This document shows, one piece after another, positions 19,855 to 28,883 of a stretch of DNA of 64,000 bases. Position numbers and translations under genes: made by a program. The stretch is from a virus. The notes under the pieces are model-generated. The model was not told the DNA's origin and ran no database searches. It saw only the letters and a program-made list of their open reading frames with translations. The DNA lies in IMG/VR virus record IMGVR_UViG_3300020045_005677, positions 32,001 through 96,000 of that record. One strand, written 5' to 3'. Position 1 is the stretch's first letter, and every line of letters begins with the position of its first letter.

Positions 19855-20742
19855 ATGAATTCTATTTCCGAATTAGCGGGCGTTGAGGCCTTAATTAATA
19901 GATATGTAAATCCAGAAAATAAAGATAAATATTTGGACCTATTAGGTATATTTTTAGATAGAACAGAAATGCAAATATTTGATTCTATTAACAATATGAT
20001 AAATAATGAAGAAAACCTAAATGGTAGTGATATTACTGGTGTATTAAGAGAATTAACAATTAGACAAGCTCTATTAATGCTTGAACATAACTTTGGATTA
20101 GTATTTAATTCAGATGCTGATAACTATACTATACATCAGATACACAAGTTAGTATATCAATTAGACTTCTTTGTAGATGTAGATGAAGATAGAGCTAATG
20201 AGTTTATGGAAATGTTAAATTGTGAAGAGGATGAATTATTAGCTTTTACTTCTATACTAATAGATATAGGAGTAGATGAATTCTTTTTACTAGAACATCT
20301 AGAAGGAATTAAAACAGGATATAGAGATGAGTATATGAAAGCTCTATCTGTAATTAAAGATAAAACTAGTACAATAGATGATGTAGATGTATTAAAGAAT
20401 ATAGCTATTACTAAAGTATTAAATAATCTTAAAGCTATACATAATGATAATGAATTTAGTAAGTGTTTAAATATATCATTAAGAACTATGAATTATTTAG
20501 ATTTAGGTACTGTATTAAAAGAACTAAATACATTAAAGGTAAAAGAGTTAAATAATACTAGTTTAGCTTTAGAATTTATATCTGCTTATATATTACTAAA
20601 TGATGATACTGAAGAACTATTATCTCTATACAGAGAACAGTTTTTACCAGGATTAGAAATAGAAGACTATAGAGCTGAACAAATCTATAAAGAGATGGCT
20701 TTAAAGTATACTGAGTATGAAGACAAAAGGATAGGCAGATGA
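19855..20742 (+). CDS. Hypothetical protein preceding the virion RNAP subunit
   Basis: Start reassigned to ATG 19855 (AGGAG RBS). Confidence 0.7.
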   Translation: MNSISELAGVEALINRYVNPENKDKYLDLLGIFLDRTEMQIFDSINNMINNEENLNGSDITGVLRELTIRQALLMLEHNFGLVFNSDADNYTIHQIHKLVYQLDFFVDVDEDRANEFMEMLNCEEDELLAFTSILIDIGVDEFFLLEHLEGIKTGYRDEYMKALSVIKDKTSTIDDVDVLKNIAITKVLNNLKAIHNDNEFSKCLNISLRTMNYLDLGTVLKELNTLKVKELNNTSLALEFISAYILLNDDTEELLSLYREQFLPGLEIEDYRAEQIYKEMALKYTEYEDKRIGR

Positions 20743-22049
20743 ATGAAAGAGAATTATTCCAAACAGTACTAGAAGAAAAAGTATTAGGTAAACTAGATTA
20801 TATTAGAGCTCTGTTTACTATACCATATATGGCAGATAATGCTAACTATAAATCTGATATATTAAATATTAAAGATAATAAAATTATTATTACTTTTCCT
20901 ACTAGAAAAGTAGAATTAGATTATTATAAATTTCCTATATTAGATTATTTAGATAATGTAACTATCTCTCCAGATATATTTAAATCTTTAGATAAAGAGA
21001 TAGAAACATCTATTGGTATTGTAATATGTAATCTGTTAATTATAGAAGAACCATTTAATGGAAAGATTAAATTTGTAGATGGTGTAATTACTGATAGCAT
21101 AGAAGACTATATAGCTGCTAATCTAGTATCTAATAATTATACTTTTAAATCTAAAGAAGAAGAACAAACTAAGATTAAAGTATCTGAGTTAATTAAGTTT
21201 GTAGACCAAGCTCAATATCTTAAAACATTATCTAGATTCTTTGTTGTAGCTAGTAGTAAGAAAACATTACTTCCTCCTCCTGGAATACAAGAGAAGAAAA
21301 TACAATTAGTAAAAGATATGATTAAAGAGTTAGGACCTGATGCATTTAAGCAACAAGTAAATATTGTTAAGTTAGAAGATGAGTTGAAGAAAATAGATGC
21401 AGAGTGGCTAAAAGATGACCCTACATTTGGAATAGTAACTTCTGGTAAAGTATTGTCTAACTCTAGAAAAGAATTATTCTTAACAGTAGGTGGTATCGAG
21501 GCGTTTGATGAGAATGATGATTTATCATTTGTTTTAAATTCATTATTAGAAGGATGGCCATCTGACCCTGACTTAATGACAGCTATATTCAACTCTTTAA
21601 GAAATGGTTCGCTAGCTAGAGCATTAGATACTCAATATGGAGGACTATTTGCTAAAGTAATATTAAGAGCTATAGGAAGCTATATTATTAAGCCAGAGCT
21701 AGACTGTGGTACCAAATTAGGTAAATCTACTTTAGTAGATAATGACAATTATAAAAAATTAACAAATAGACATATTATTTTTAATGCTGAAACAATCTTA
21801 ATGGAAAATGATGATATGTCTAAACAGTATATAAATAAGAATGTTTTAATTAGGTCTCCTAAGTATTGTCAACTAGGAGGAGAGAAGCTATGTGGTAAAT
21901 GTGTAAACAAATTACTAAATGAAAATGTAGATGGAATTAAGAATGAAGTAACAGCTGTAACAAGTAATGTACTAAATGAAGCTATGAAAGCAATGCATAA
22001 TACTACTAAACAAATTGTAAGGCTAGTAAAGAGCGAAATATTCAGCTAG
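20739..22049 (+). CDS. Virion RNAP beta' C-terminal subunit (phiKZ gp80-like)
   Basis: Bridge-helix-like SLLEGW...R.GSLARALDTQYGG; Zn site DCGT...RSPKYC...CGKC; C-terminal MKAMH. Confidence 0.85.
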   Translation: MNERELFQTVLEEKVLGKLDYIRALFTIPYMADNANYKSDILNIKDNKIIITFPTRKVELDYYKFPILDYLDNVTISPDIFKSLDKEIETSIGIVICNLLIIEEPFNGKIKFVDGVITDSIEDYIAANLVSNNYTFKSKEEEQTKIKVSELIKFVDQAQYLKTLSRFFVVASSKKTLLPPPGIQEKKIQLVKDMIKELGPDAFKQQVNIVKLEDELKKIDAEWLKDDPTFGIVTSGKVLSNSRKELFLTVGGIEAFDENDDLSFVLNSLLEGWPSDPDLMTAIFNSLRNGSLARALDTQYGGLFAKVILRAIGSYIIKPELDCGTKLGKSTLVDNDNYKKLTNRHIIFNAETILMENDDMSKQYINKNVLIRSPKYCQLGGEKLCGKCVNKLLNENVDGIKNEVTAVTSNVLNEAMKAMHNTTKQIVRLVKSEIFS

Positions 22050-22120
22050 TATAAATATTTTATAATAGATACTACTCTGAAAACAAGAAAAAAGAATAAC
22101 AATAATATAAGGAAATAATT

Positions 22121-23113
22121 ATGGAAAACGGAATTAATATAGATGCAATCAACAGCATGTTAGAATCAGTAGCTACTGCACCAGTAGAACAAGCTCAACC
22201 TCAGCAACCTCAATATCAACAACAAGGGAATAAACCTCCATATCATGGAAATGGTGGCAATGGTGGAAATTATAAACCAGCTTTTAATAGTGGCAATAGA
22301 CCTCCAAGAGACCCAAACCAACCAAACATCTATACAGATGAAAATATTACTCCACTGCCTATAGATGCTAGCGCTCTTAAGAATAGTTTATCTTATGCTA
22401 TTGTAGCTATAGATGAAAATCCACCTGCTGAAATAGTAGAAGTAATTACTAAAATAGCTGATGCTCTTAAAGTTAAAAAATATGTATACAGATATGATGG
22501 TGAAATTAATCCTAGTTTGGCTAGAGATATATTCATGAAGCAAGATTTAAGTATCCCAAATACTTATCAACATTTTATTCCTTGGGCTAAAGGTTTTGAA
22601 ATTGAGGGTGTATATCCAGTTAGTAAGAGACCTAGTATTATGGCAGGACAAATTGCTAAGTTTGTTAGTCAGTATACAAAAAGAGACCCTAGTAATCCAA
22701 ACAATAAACAAACACTATTTGGTTTCAGTCAAGCATCTGGTGCAATAAGAAATATAATGGCTAATAGAATACATTTATATTTAGGTAAAGATTGTTTAAC
22801 TAGACTAAAATTTATCATTTTGTATTCTAGTTGTGGTACTGAAACAAAAGAAGAAATCAATTATGAGACAACAAAAAGAAGAGCTAGCGAAGTAATTAGA
22901 TTTGCAAATACAGCTGGTATTAAAGTGTTTAACTTAGCTAAACCAGATGGAGCTAAAAGATTATTCGAGTTTATTACAAATGGCGAAACTGTTACTTCCG
23001 TAGCTCCTATTAGTGCTCCTGTATCAAATCCTAATGCACCAGTAATTACTGAGTTTACTGGAACACCAGCTGAAACAGCTCCTACTGCACCAATTGATGA
23101 TATGCCATTTTAA
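22121..23113 (+). CDS. DprA/SLOG-like protein with Q/P/G/N-rich N-terminus and SSB-like C-terminal tail
   Basis: SLOG-type segments FIPW, NRIHLYLG and EVIRFANTAGIKVFNL; ends PIDDMPF. Confidence 0.55.
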   Translation: MENGINIDAINSMLESVATAPVEQAQPQQPQYQQQGNKPPYHGNGGNGGNYKPAFNSGNRPPRDPNQPNIYTDENITPLPIDASALKNSLSYAIVAIDENPPAEIVEVITKIADALKVKKYVYRYDGEINPSLARDIFMKQDLSIPNTYQHFIPWAKGFEIEGVYPVSKRPSIMAGQIAKFVSQYTKRDPSNPNNKQTLFGFSQASGAIRNIMANRIHLYLGKDCLTRLKFIILYSSCGTETKEEINYETTKRRASEVIRFANTAGIKVFNLAKPDGAKRLFEFITNGETVTSVAPISAPVSNPNAPVITEFTGTPAETAPTAPIDDMPF

Positions 23114-23135
23114 TAGATAGACCTAGGAGAAAACA

Positions 23136-24017
23136 ATGAAAATATTTAAAGATAGAAGATTGAACAAATGGTATCAATCTTTAAATGTAAAGAAAGTATC
23201 TGATTTAAAAGATGGTGATGAGATAATATTAACAACGGAAGGTAGAGAATACTTTAATGGAAATGGTATTTTTGCAATTAATCAGTTTGCAGATAAGCTA
23301 GTTAGTAATGTCTTAGAAAAACCTTTTATTGCAGTATTAAAAGAAAAGCCTAATTTTGATGGTTCAGATTGGAAAGAAGTTATTCATTCAACTGGTAATT
23401 ATTTATTCCAATCTTTAAATAGCATACATCTTATAGAAACAGCTGCTATTCTTGGTGCTAAAGATAGACTTAGATACGTATCAGTAAAACTTGATGAAAG
23501 AATTATTACTAATATTAAATCTAGGTATGCAGATGATGATGTTATAACTTTTGAAGTTGTAAGTTTAGGGAAAGAAGTTTATGATTCCAATTCCGATTAC
23601 TGCAAAGGAGTACCATCTTTTTTCCATATAGAAGAGGTAGTATCTTTTTATACAGAGAAAGTTGATATAGCTACAGAAGAAAAGATACTAGAGCTTTATA
23701 GGCTAGTAGCTAGTAAATTATTAGAAAGATATCATTTATTAAAATGTTTAAGACAAGGTTATAAAGTTATAGATAAAGATGATTTTCCTTTTGTTGTTAA
23801 AGAGGATGATTTTGAAACACTAGATGATTTAATTATGCTTGGAGATAAAATTATAAATGAGTATAATAGAGTTGAGGATTATGCAAATTCTTATAGAGTA
23901 ATTGAAGAGTATTTTAAAGGCAGAGATACTGTAGTTAAAAGTGTTTTCTTTGGAGCTTTAGATATCTATAATGACGATAACGAATTGGCATGCTTACTAC
24001 CTGCAATTTTTAGTTAA
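23136..24017 (+). CDS. Hypothetical protein
   Basis: 293-aa ORF with AGGAG RBS. Confidence 0.75.
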   Translation: MKIFKDRRLNKWYQSLNVKKVSDLKDGDEIILTTEGREYFNGNGIFAINQFADKLVSNVLEKPFIAVLKEKPNFDGSDWKEVIHSTGNYLFQSLNSIHLIETAAILGAKDRLRYVSVKLDERIITNIKSRYADDDVITFEVVSLGKEVYDSNSDYCKGVPSFFHIEEVVSFYTEKVDIATEEKILELYRLVASKLLERYHLLKCLRQGYKVIDKDDFPFVVKEDDFETLDDLIMLGDKIINEYNRVEDYANSYRVIEEYFKGRDTVVKSVFFGALDIYNDDNELACLLPAIFS

Positions 24018-24039
24018 ATTGATAAATTTGATTTAGAGG

Positions 24040-24996
24040 ATGGGGCCTATGGCTAGAAATAAAAATAAAAACAAACAAGGAAATAACGTGGGAAAAGAAA
24101 CTATTAGTCCAGAAGATATTGGTGAATTAACAGAAACATATGCAGTAGAGAACATAGGTACAAATGTAGAAGGAACTGAAGTAGATACTCCAATTTCTAC
24201 AGAAGGTGGTATTGAACAAATTGATACTCCAGCTGATGAAGCTAATGTTGTTGATGAAGAAAATACAAATCCAGAGATTGATGCTCCTGCAGATGTAGTG
24301 GAATCTGAAAACAATGTACAAGATTCAGATGTAATACCAACTGATGATACTAATGCTCCAGTTGAACCAACTATTGAACCTGCTTCTGATTTACCAGAAG
24401 AAAATATAGAAAAACAATTACCTACTGCTACAGTACTTACTGGTGAAGGAACACTAGAACCTGAAGCAGAACTTGCTTTTAATAGACAAGTTATTGTAGA
24501 TACAATTGTATATGGAGAAGATGAATTAACTATTGTTAGAACACTTTTAAAAGCTGCTAAAGCTAAATTTAAAGAATCTAATATTATTACTAGATTACTA
24601 GATACTGTTGAGATGTATTTAGTTACTCCTGCTTCTGCTTCTAAAGGTGGTGCATTAGTACAAACTTATGCTATTGAATTTAACAGAGCTGAAAAAGGTG
24701 ATTTAACTAACTTAGCTATCTTTATGCTATCTAAATTAACTGGTAAAGAAACTGAAAAAAGAGGTCTTAAATCTTTATCATTAGCTTCTATTGTAAATAC
24801 TACTAGACTAGTAGAAGATAGAGAAGTTAAACAAGAATCTTTAAAATTAGTAGATGCTTTAGCTGAACTACATAGTGCAGAAGAAAGAAAGAAAAAAGTA
24901 AATGTTTTAATTTCTTTAAATAAAGCATTTAATGTAAATCCAAGATATCTAAATGCAAATGCGGTAGAGATTTTTAGAGAATACTTTTCTAAATAA
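24040..24996 (+). CDS. Hypothetical protein with long acidic disordered N-terminus
   Basis: E/D/P/T-rich first ~140 aa; start may be 24049 (MARNK). Confidence 0.75.
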   Translation: MGPMARNKNKNKQGNNVGKETISPEDIGELTETYAVENIGTNVEGTEVDTPISTEGGIEQIDTPADEANVVDEENTNPEIDAPADVVESENNVQDSDVIPTDDTNAPVEPTIEPASDLPEENIEKQLPTATVLTGEGTLEPEAELAFNRQVIVDTIVYGEDELTIVRTLLKAAKAKFKESNIITRLLDTVEMYLVTPASASKGGALVQTYAIEFNRAEKGDLTNLAIFMLSKLTGKETEKRGLKSLSLASIVNTTRLVEDREVKQESLKLVDALAELHSAEERKKKVNVLISLNKAFNVNPRYLNANAVEIFREYFSK

Positions 24997-25007
24997 TAAA
25001 ATAAATA

Positions 25008-25040
25008 TATTACACATAGATTATGTATCTATGTGTAATA
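25008..25040 (+). terminator. Terminator hairpin (14-bp perfect stem)
   Basis: TATTACACATAGAT-tatgt-ATCTATGTGTAATA. Confidence 0.75.
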
Positions 25041-25097
25041 GTTCTTTTGTCGTCTTTTAATTAAATGTTAAAATGTTTGTTTCGAAATAAAAATAGA

Positions 25098-25107
25098 CAC
25101 ATATTAT
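25098..25107 (+). promoter_or_regulatory. Phage promoter motif CACATATTAT
   Basis: Copy of the recurrent motif upstream of 25180. Confidence 0.65.
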
Positions 25108-25179
25108 AAAGTTGGTAATAATATAGATAAAAAGCTAATATTATTAATAGTACTATATAATAAATAAAGGAGCAATCTT

Positions 25180-25812
25180 ATGGAATTATTAAGATTTGGA
25201 ACATTAGAAGCTGCAGAGAACATGGAGAACTGGTTATTAGACTTTAGAGATAATACTGATATTCCAGAAGATGTATATTCTAAGCACCTAAGTATGTGCA
25301 AAGAATTTCTAAATACATTAACTCCAATGGTAGATAAAGGTTCTACTACTGGTTTTACAATGGATAATGCATCAGATACCGAAGAGCTATTTGACAATAT
25401 AAAAAGTATTCTAAGTTCGTACGTAAATAGACAAAATGTAGAAATACTATTGTTAAAAATACATACATACTTAGAAGGTGTACTTACAAAGGTGTTTAGT
25501 ATTAATACTAAAGAACAATTAGAAAAAACAAAATCAATATCTAATGCTGAGGAGCAAAAAATGAATACAAGTAACGTAAATACAGAAGCAAGAATTAAAG
25601 AATTAGAAGAAGCATTAACACTATCTGAATCAGCTGCAACAACAATTATAAAAGAAGTAAGTATCTTCGATAAGATTCCTGGTGGAATTTATACTGCTGC
25701 AGGTTTAGGAATTGTTGCTGCTTATGGAATCTATAGAGTAGGATACTTAAAAGGATATGCCACTGGTAAAGATGAATCTGCTACAATTATCATTATGGAT
25801 GAGAGAGAGTAA
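25180..25812 (+). CDS. Coiled-coil protein with C-terminal TM anchor
   Basis: AGGAG RBS; hydrophobic IYTAAGLGIVAAYGIY near the C-terminus. Confidence 0.7.
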   Translation: MELLRFGTLEAAENMENWLLDFRDNTDIPEDVYSKHLSMCKEFLNTLTPMVDKGSTTGFTMDNASDTEELFDNIKSILSSYVNRQNVEILLLKIHTYLEGVLTKVFSINTKEQLEKTKSISNAEEQKMNTSNVNTEARIKELEEALTLSESAATTIIKEVSIFDKIPGGIYTAAGLGIVAAYGIYRVGYLKGYATGKDESATIIIMDERE

Positions 25813-25911
25813 TCTCTCTCCATTCTATATTATTTTTTTTCTTTTTTTATTTAGATTACGGCAGTGTCGTTATTTGAGTTATTTTGAAATTTAAGATTAA
25901 AGGAAGTCAAC

Positions 25912-27459
25912 ATGAGAATGGCTAACATGCTATTGCAAACAGCAAACTTAGAAGCAGGTTTAGAAGTAAATATTGCTATACAAAAAGACCCAAAGTTTAT
26001 AAATGAAGCTAGTGCTTATATAGATGAACTAAAAGTAATCTACGATAAAGATACTAAAGTATTTAAAGATACTGCTACTTTCTTAACTATTAGTAAACAA
26101 GCTAAAGAGATTGTTAATAATCTATCTCTTCTATTCTCAGAGAGAATAGGTATTGATTTTACAATAATAGGAGATTCTACTGGTAATGCTTGTGTATTCT
26201 CTGTTACTCCTTCTAATTATAATGTTATTGTAGAAGAGGCTGGTACAGTAGAAAAAGATTTACTAGATGCTATAAAACTAATGAAAGATTTAGGTGCAAG
26301 ACCTAATGAGGATACTGAATTCAATATGGATAGCTTTAGTGGTATTGTTAAGATTTATGAATCTATGTTAAGCTCTACTAAATCTCTTAATACGTTATTA
26401 AAAACAGATTCTGTAAAATTTGATTTACTTAAAGCTAAAGTAACTGGACTACCTAAAGACTTTAAGTCTATTATTGCTATAGATATTGTATCATTTATGC
26501 AAACACATTCTATTAAAGAAATATTAGCTGTATTAATTCATGAAGCAGGACATCAGTTTACTCATTTATTAAATATGTATAGAATAGCTAGAACTAATAC
26601 TATCTTAAAAGATTGTAGTGTATTAGCTAAAGATGGAGATATCGGTAAAGTAGAAATAACTCTTAAAAAAGAATTGGGAATAGAAATTCCTAAATTAAAT
26701 AATTTTAAAGAAGAAGATAACTTTAAAGATATTAAAGTGTTTATGACTACTCTGCTAAGTAAAGCAATGGTAACTAATGAAAATGAATCTAGTTATTCAT
26801 CTAGAGATAGTGAAGCTTTAGCAGACCAGTTTGCTAGCAAGTTTGGATTAGGACTAGAATTAGCTACTGCATTAGATAAAATTGCTAATAATAGTTATAC
26901 AGAGCTAGATTACTTTCTAGGTGAAAATACAATACTATGGATGTTAAAAGTAAATATTATTATATCTGCTTTTGTTCTTGCTTATGGCTTAATTGCACTT
27001 GCACTACTTGGTGCTCTTTCTGTTACAGCTGCTATCGTTGTTACTAGTGCAGCAATTTCAATAGCTATAGAATTGTCTGTAGTAGCTATTGTATTTTTGG
27101 TTGCCATAAATGTATTTAGATTCTTTTATGGTGGTAATGATGCTTTTGAAGCTGTCTATGATGACAAAAAAAGAAGATTAGAGAGAATTAGAAATGATGC
27201 TATCAGAATGCTAAATAGTTTAATTCTAAGTGCTGATAGTAAAGATAAAGAGATGATAGTTGATAAGATTAATGATATTCAAGCTTTGGATAAGGTTATT
27301 GATAAAACTAGAAAGAGTAGAGCATTTGTAGATATAGCTGGAGACTTATTTTTCTCTAGTAATAGAAAACACTCTATTGAGACATTGGTGCAACAAATAT
27401 TAGAAAATATGAATGCTAATAAACTAACTATGCTTGGTGCTAAGTTAGAACAACTATAA
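25912..27459 (+). CDS. Virion protein with zincin HExxH motif and TM helices
   Basis: IHEAGH plus downstream EALADQFA (M48-like third ligand); long hydrophobic stretch ~aa 345-405; AGLE near the N-terminus. Confidence 0.65.
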   Translation: MRMANMLLQTANLEAGLEVNIAIQKDPKFINEASAYIDELKVIYDKDTKVFKDTATFLTISKQAKEIVNNLSLLFSERIGIDFTIIGDSTGNACVFSVTPSNYNVIVEEAGTVEKDLLDAIKLMKDLGARPNEDTEFNMDSFSGIVKIYESMLSSTKSLNTLLKTDSVKFDLLKAKVTGLPKDFKSIIAIDIVSFMQTHSIKEILAVLIHEAGHQFTHLLNMYRIARTNTILKDCSVLAKDGDIGKVEITLKKELGIEIPKLNNFKEEDNFKDIKVFMTTLLSKAMVTNENESSYSSRDSEALADQFASKFGLGLELATALDKIANNSYTELDYFLGENTILWMLKVNIIISAFVLAYGLIALALLGALSVTAAIVVTSAAISIAIELSVVAIVFLVAINVFRFFYGGNDAFEAVYDDKKRRLERIRNDAIRMLNSLILSADSKDKEMIVDKINDIQALDKVIDKTRKSRAFVDIAGDLFFSSNRKHSIETLVQQILENMNANKLTMLGAKLEQL

Positions 27460-27471
27460 TAGGAATAGACA

Positions 27472-27936
27472 ATGGTAAATTTTTTAGACCCAACTAATAT
27501 TAAATTAGCAGACTATGCTAATAAACTAAGTCCAGATATTAAGAATGTAGCTATCTTTGCTATGGCATATACTACGTTTAATTTATTAAGCGAAAACTTA
27601 ACAAAAGAAGATATGGTAACTAATAGCCCATCTATTGGTGTATTAAAAACTAAAATAGCTGATTCTATTAATGAGTTAGTAATTATTGATAGAGAAGTAT
27701 TTAAAAACTACTTAGTTAAATTTGTAGAATATAATAATGCAAAAATCAATAATGGATATACAGAAGTAAATAGTACTAAAGATATCTTTAATGTAAATGC
27801 TATTTTTGGAAATACTATTTTAGAATTAGTAGATAACAACTTTGAAGTATTTAAAAATACAACTAGATATTATTCAAGTAGTAACTTATTGCAAGATGAA
27901 ATAATGAATAAGATTATTGCTAATAAAGGAGCATAG
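27472..27936 (+). CDS. Probable virion protein
   Basis: Within the structural operon. Confidence 0.55.
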   Translation: MVNFLDPTNIKLADYANKLSPDIKNVAIFAMAYTTFNLLSENLTKEDMVTNSPSIGVLKTKIADSINELVIIDREVFKNYLVKFVEYNNAKINNGYTEVNSTKDIFNVNAIFGNTILELVDNNFEVFKNTTRYYSSSNLLQDEIMNKIIANKGA

Positions 27937-28851
27937 ATGAAAGATATTAGTAAACTAGAACTAGCAGTCAGAGGTCTCTCCGATGTGCTATCTAATAATA
28001 AAGTTTCTCAATCTCATATTCAAGATTTACATGCTGGTATGGAGTCTTTGGATATTCCTGTAGGAAATCCAAATATTAGAATGTATTCTAGAGTATTATC
28101 GGATATAGGATTAGAAGATGCTAGTAGAGAATTAGAGCTAGGTAGATATGCTTTAACACAATTGAGCTATGAGAATAGTAAAAAGTCTTTAGCTGGTATT
28201 AAAAATAGTGTAGGTATGATTTTAGAGAGAATTAACTATAGAAAAGAAAATTATGATATTAATCAAGTAGTAGTAGATAAACTACTAGATGAAGCTAGTT
28301 GGAAATATAATAATTATAATGTAGATACAAATGGTGACATAGGAAGAACTACAGGGATTGTAGAAGATAGTATTTTTAATCCTTATGTACTTAGAAATAT
28401 TATACATGAATTATTCGATACTGATACACTTGTTGAACTAAGCAAATATCAAGAAGCAGTAAATAAATATTCTCCATTTTTAAATTGGGTATCATCTACT
28501 GATTTAGAAAAGATTGTTTTTGATTTAGAATTTAATGTAAATGATGTATATATTAAAGATGTTATAAACTTAATCATATCTGATAAAGTTACTGTAGCTT
28601 TAGATAGTATATTATTTTCTCTTACTGAGTATTATTTAAACTCTTATAAATCTTCTGAGTTTTCTCCTAAGGAAATTAAAGCATTAGTAGAAGTAACTAA
28701 AAGAGATGATGCCAATGAAGGAAAAGAAGAAATAGATAGAGAATATTGGGGATTGGTAAATACTAAGTATCATGGTGTATTTAACGATTCAGATGGTATA
28801 GAGTTGTTTATGTGTTTCTATAGATTAATTTATTCTGTAGAGAAAAAATAA
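27937..28851 (+). CDS. Probable internal head protein
   Basis: AGME and IGLE prohead-protease-type motifs near the N-terminus. Confidence 0.55.
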   Translation: MKDISKLELAVRGLSDVLSNNKVSQSHIQDLHAGMESLDIPVGNPNIRMYSRVLSDIGLEDASRELELGRYALTQLSYENSKKSLAGIKNSVGMILERINYRKENYDINQVVVDKLLDEASWKYNNYNVDTNGDIGRTTGIVEDSIFNPYVLRNIIHELFDTDTLVELSKYQEAVNKYSPFLNWVSSTDLEKIVFDLEFNVNDVYIKDVINLIISDKVTVALDSILFSLTEYYLNSYKSSEFSPKEIKALVEVTKRDDANEGKEEIDREYWGLVNTKYHGVFNDSDGIELFMCFYRLIYSVEKK

Positions 28852-28859
28852 TAAAGCAT

Positions 28860-28883
28860 ATAGATAGTCAATTGACTATCTAT
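28860..28883. terminator. Perfect 24-bp palindrome between convergent genes
   Basis: ATAGATAGTCAATTGACTATCTAT. Confidence 0.75.

Noticed and set aside
19265-19858. 197-aa plus-strand ORF
   Set aside because: Antisense shadow of 19231-19809; S/L/I/F-rich composition and no RBS.
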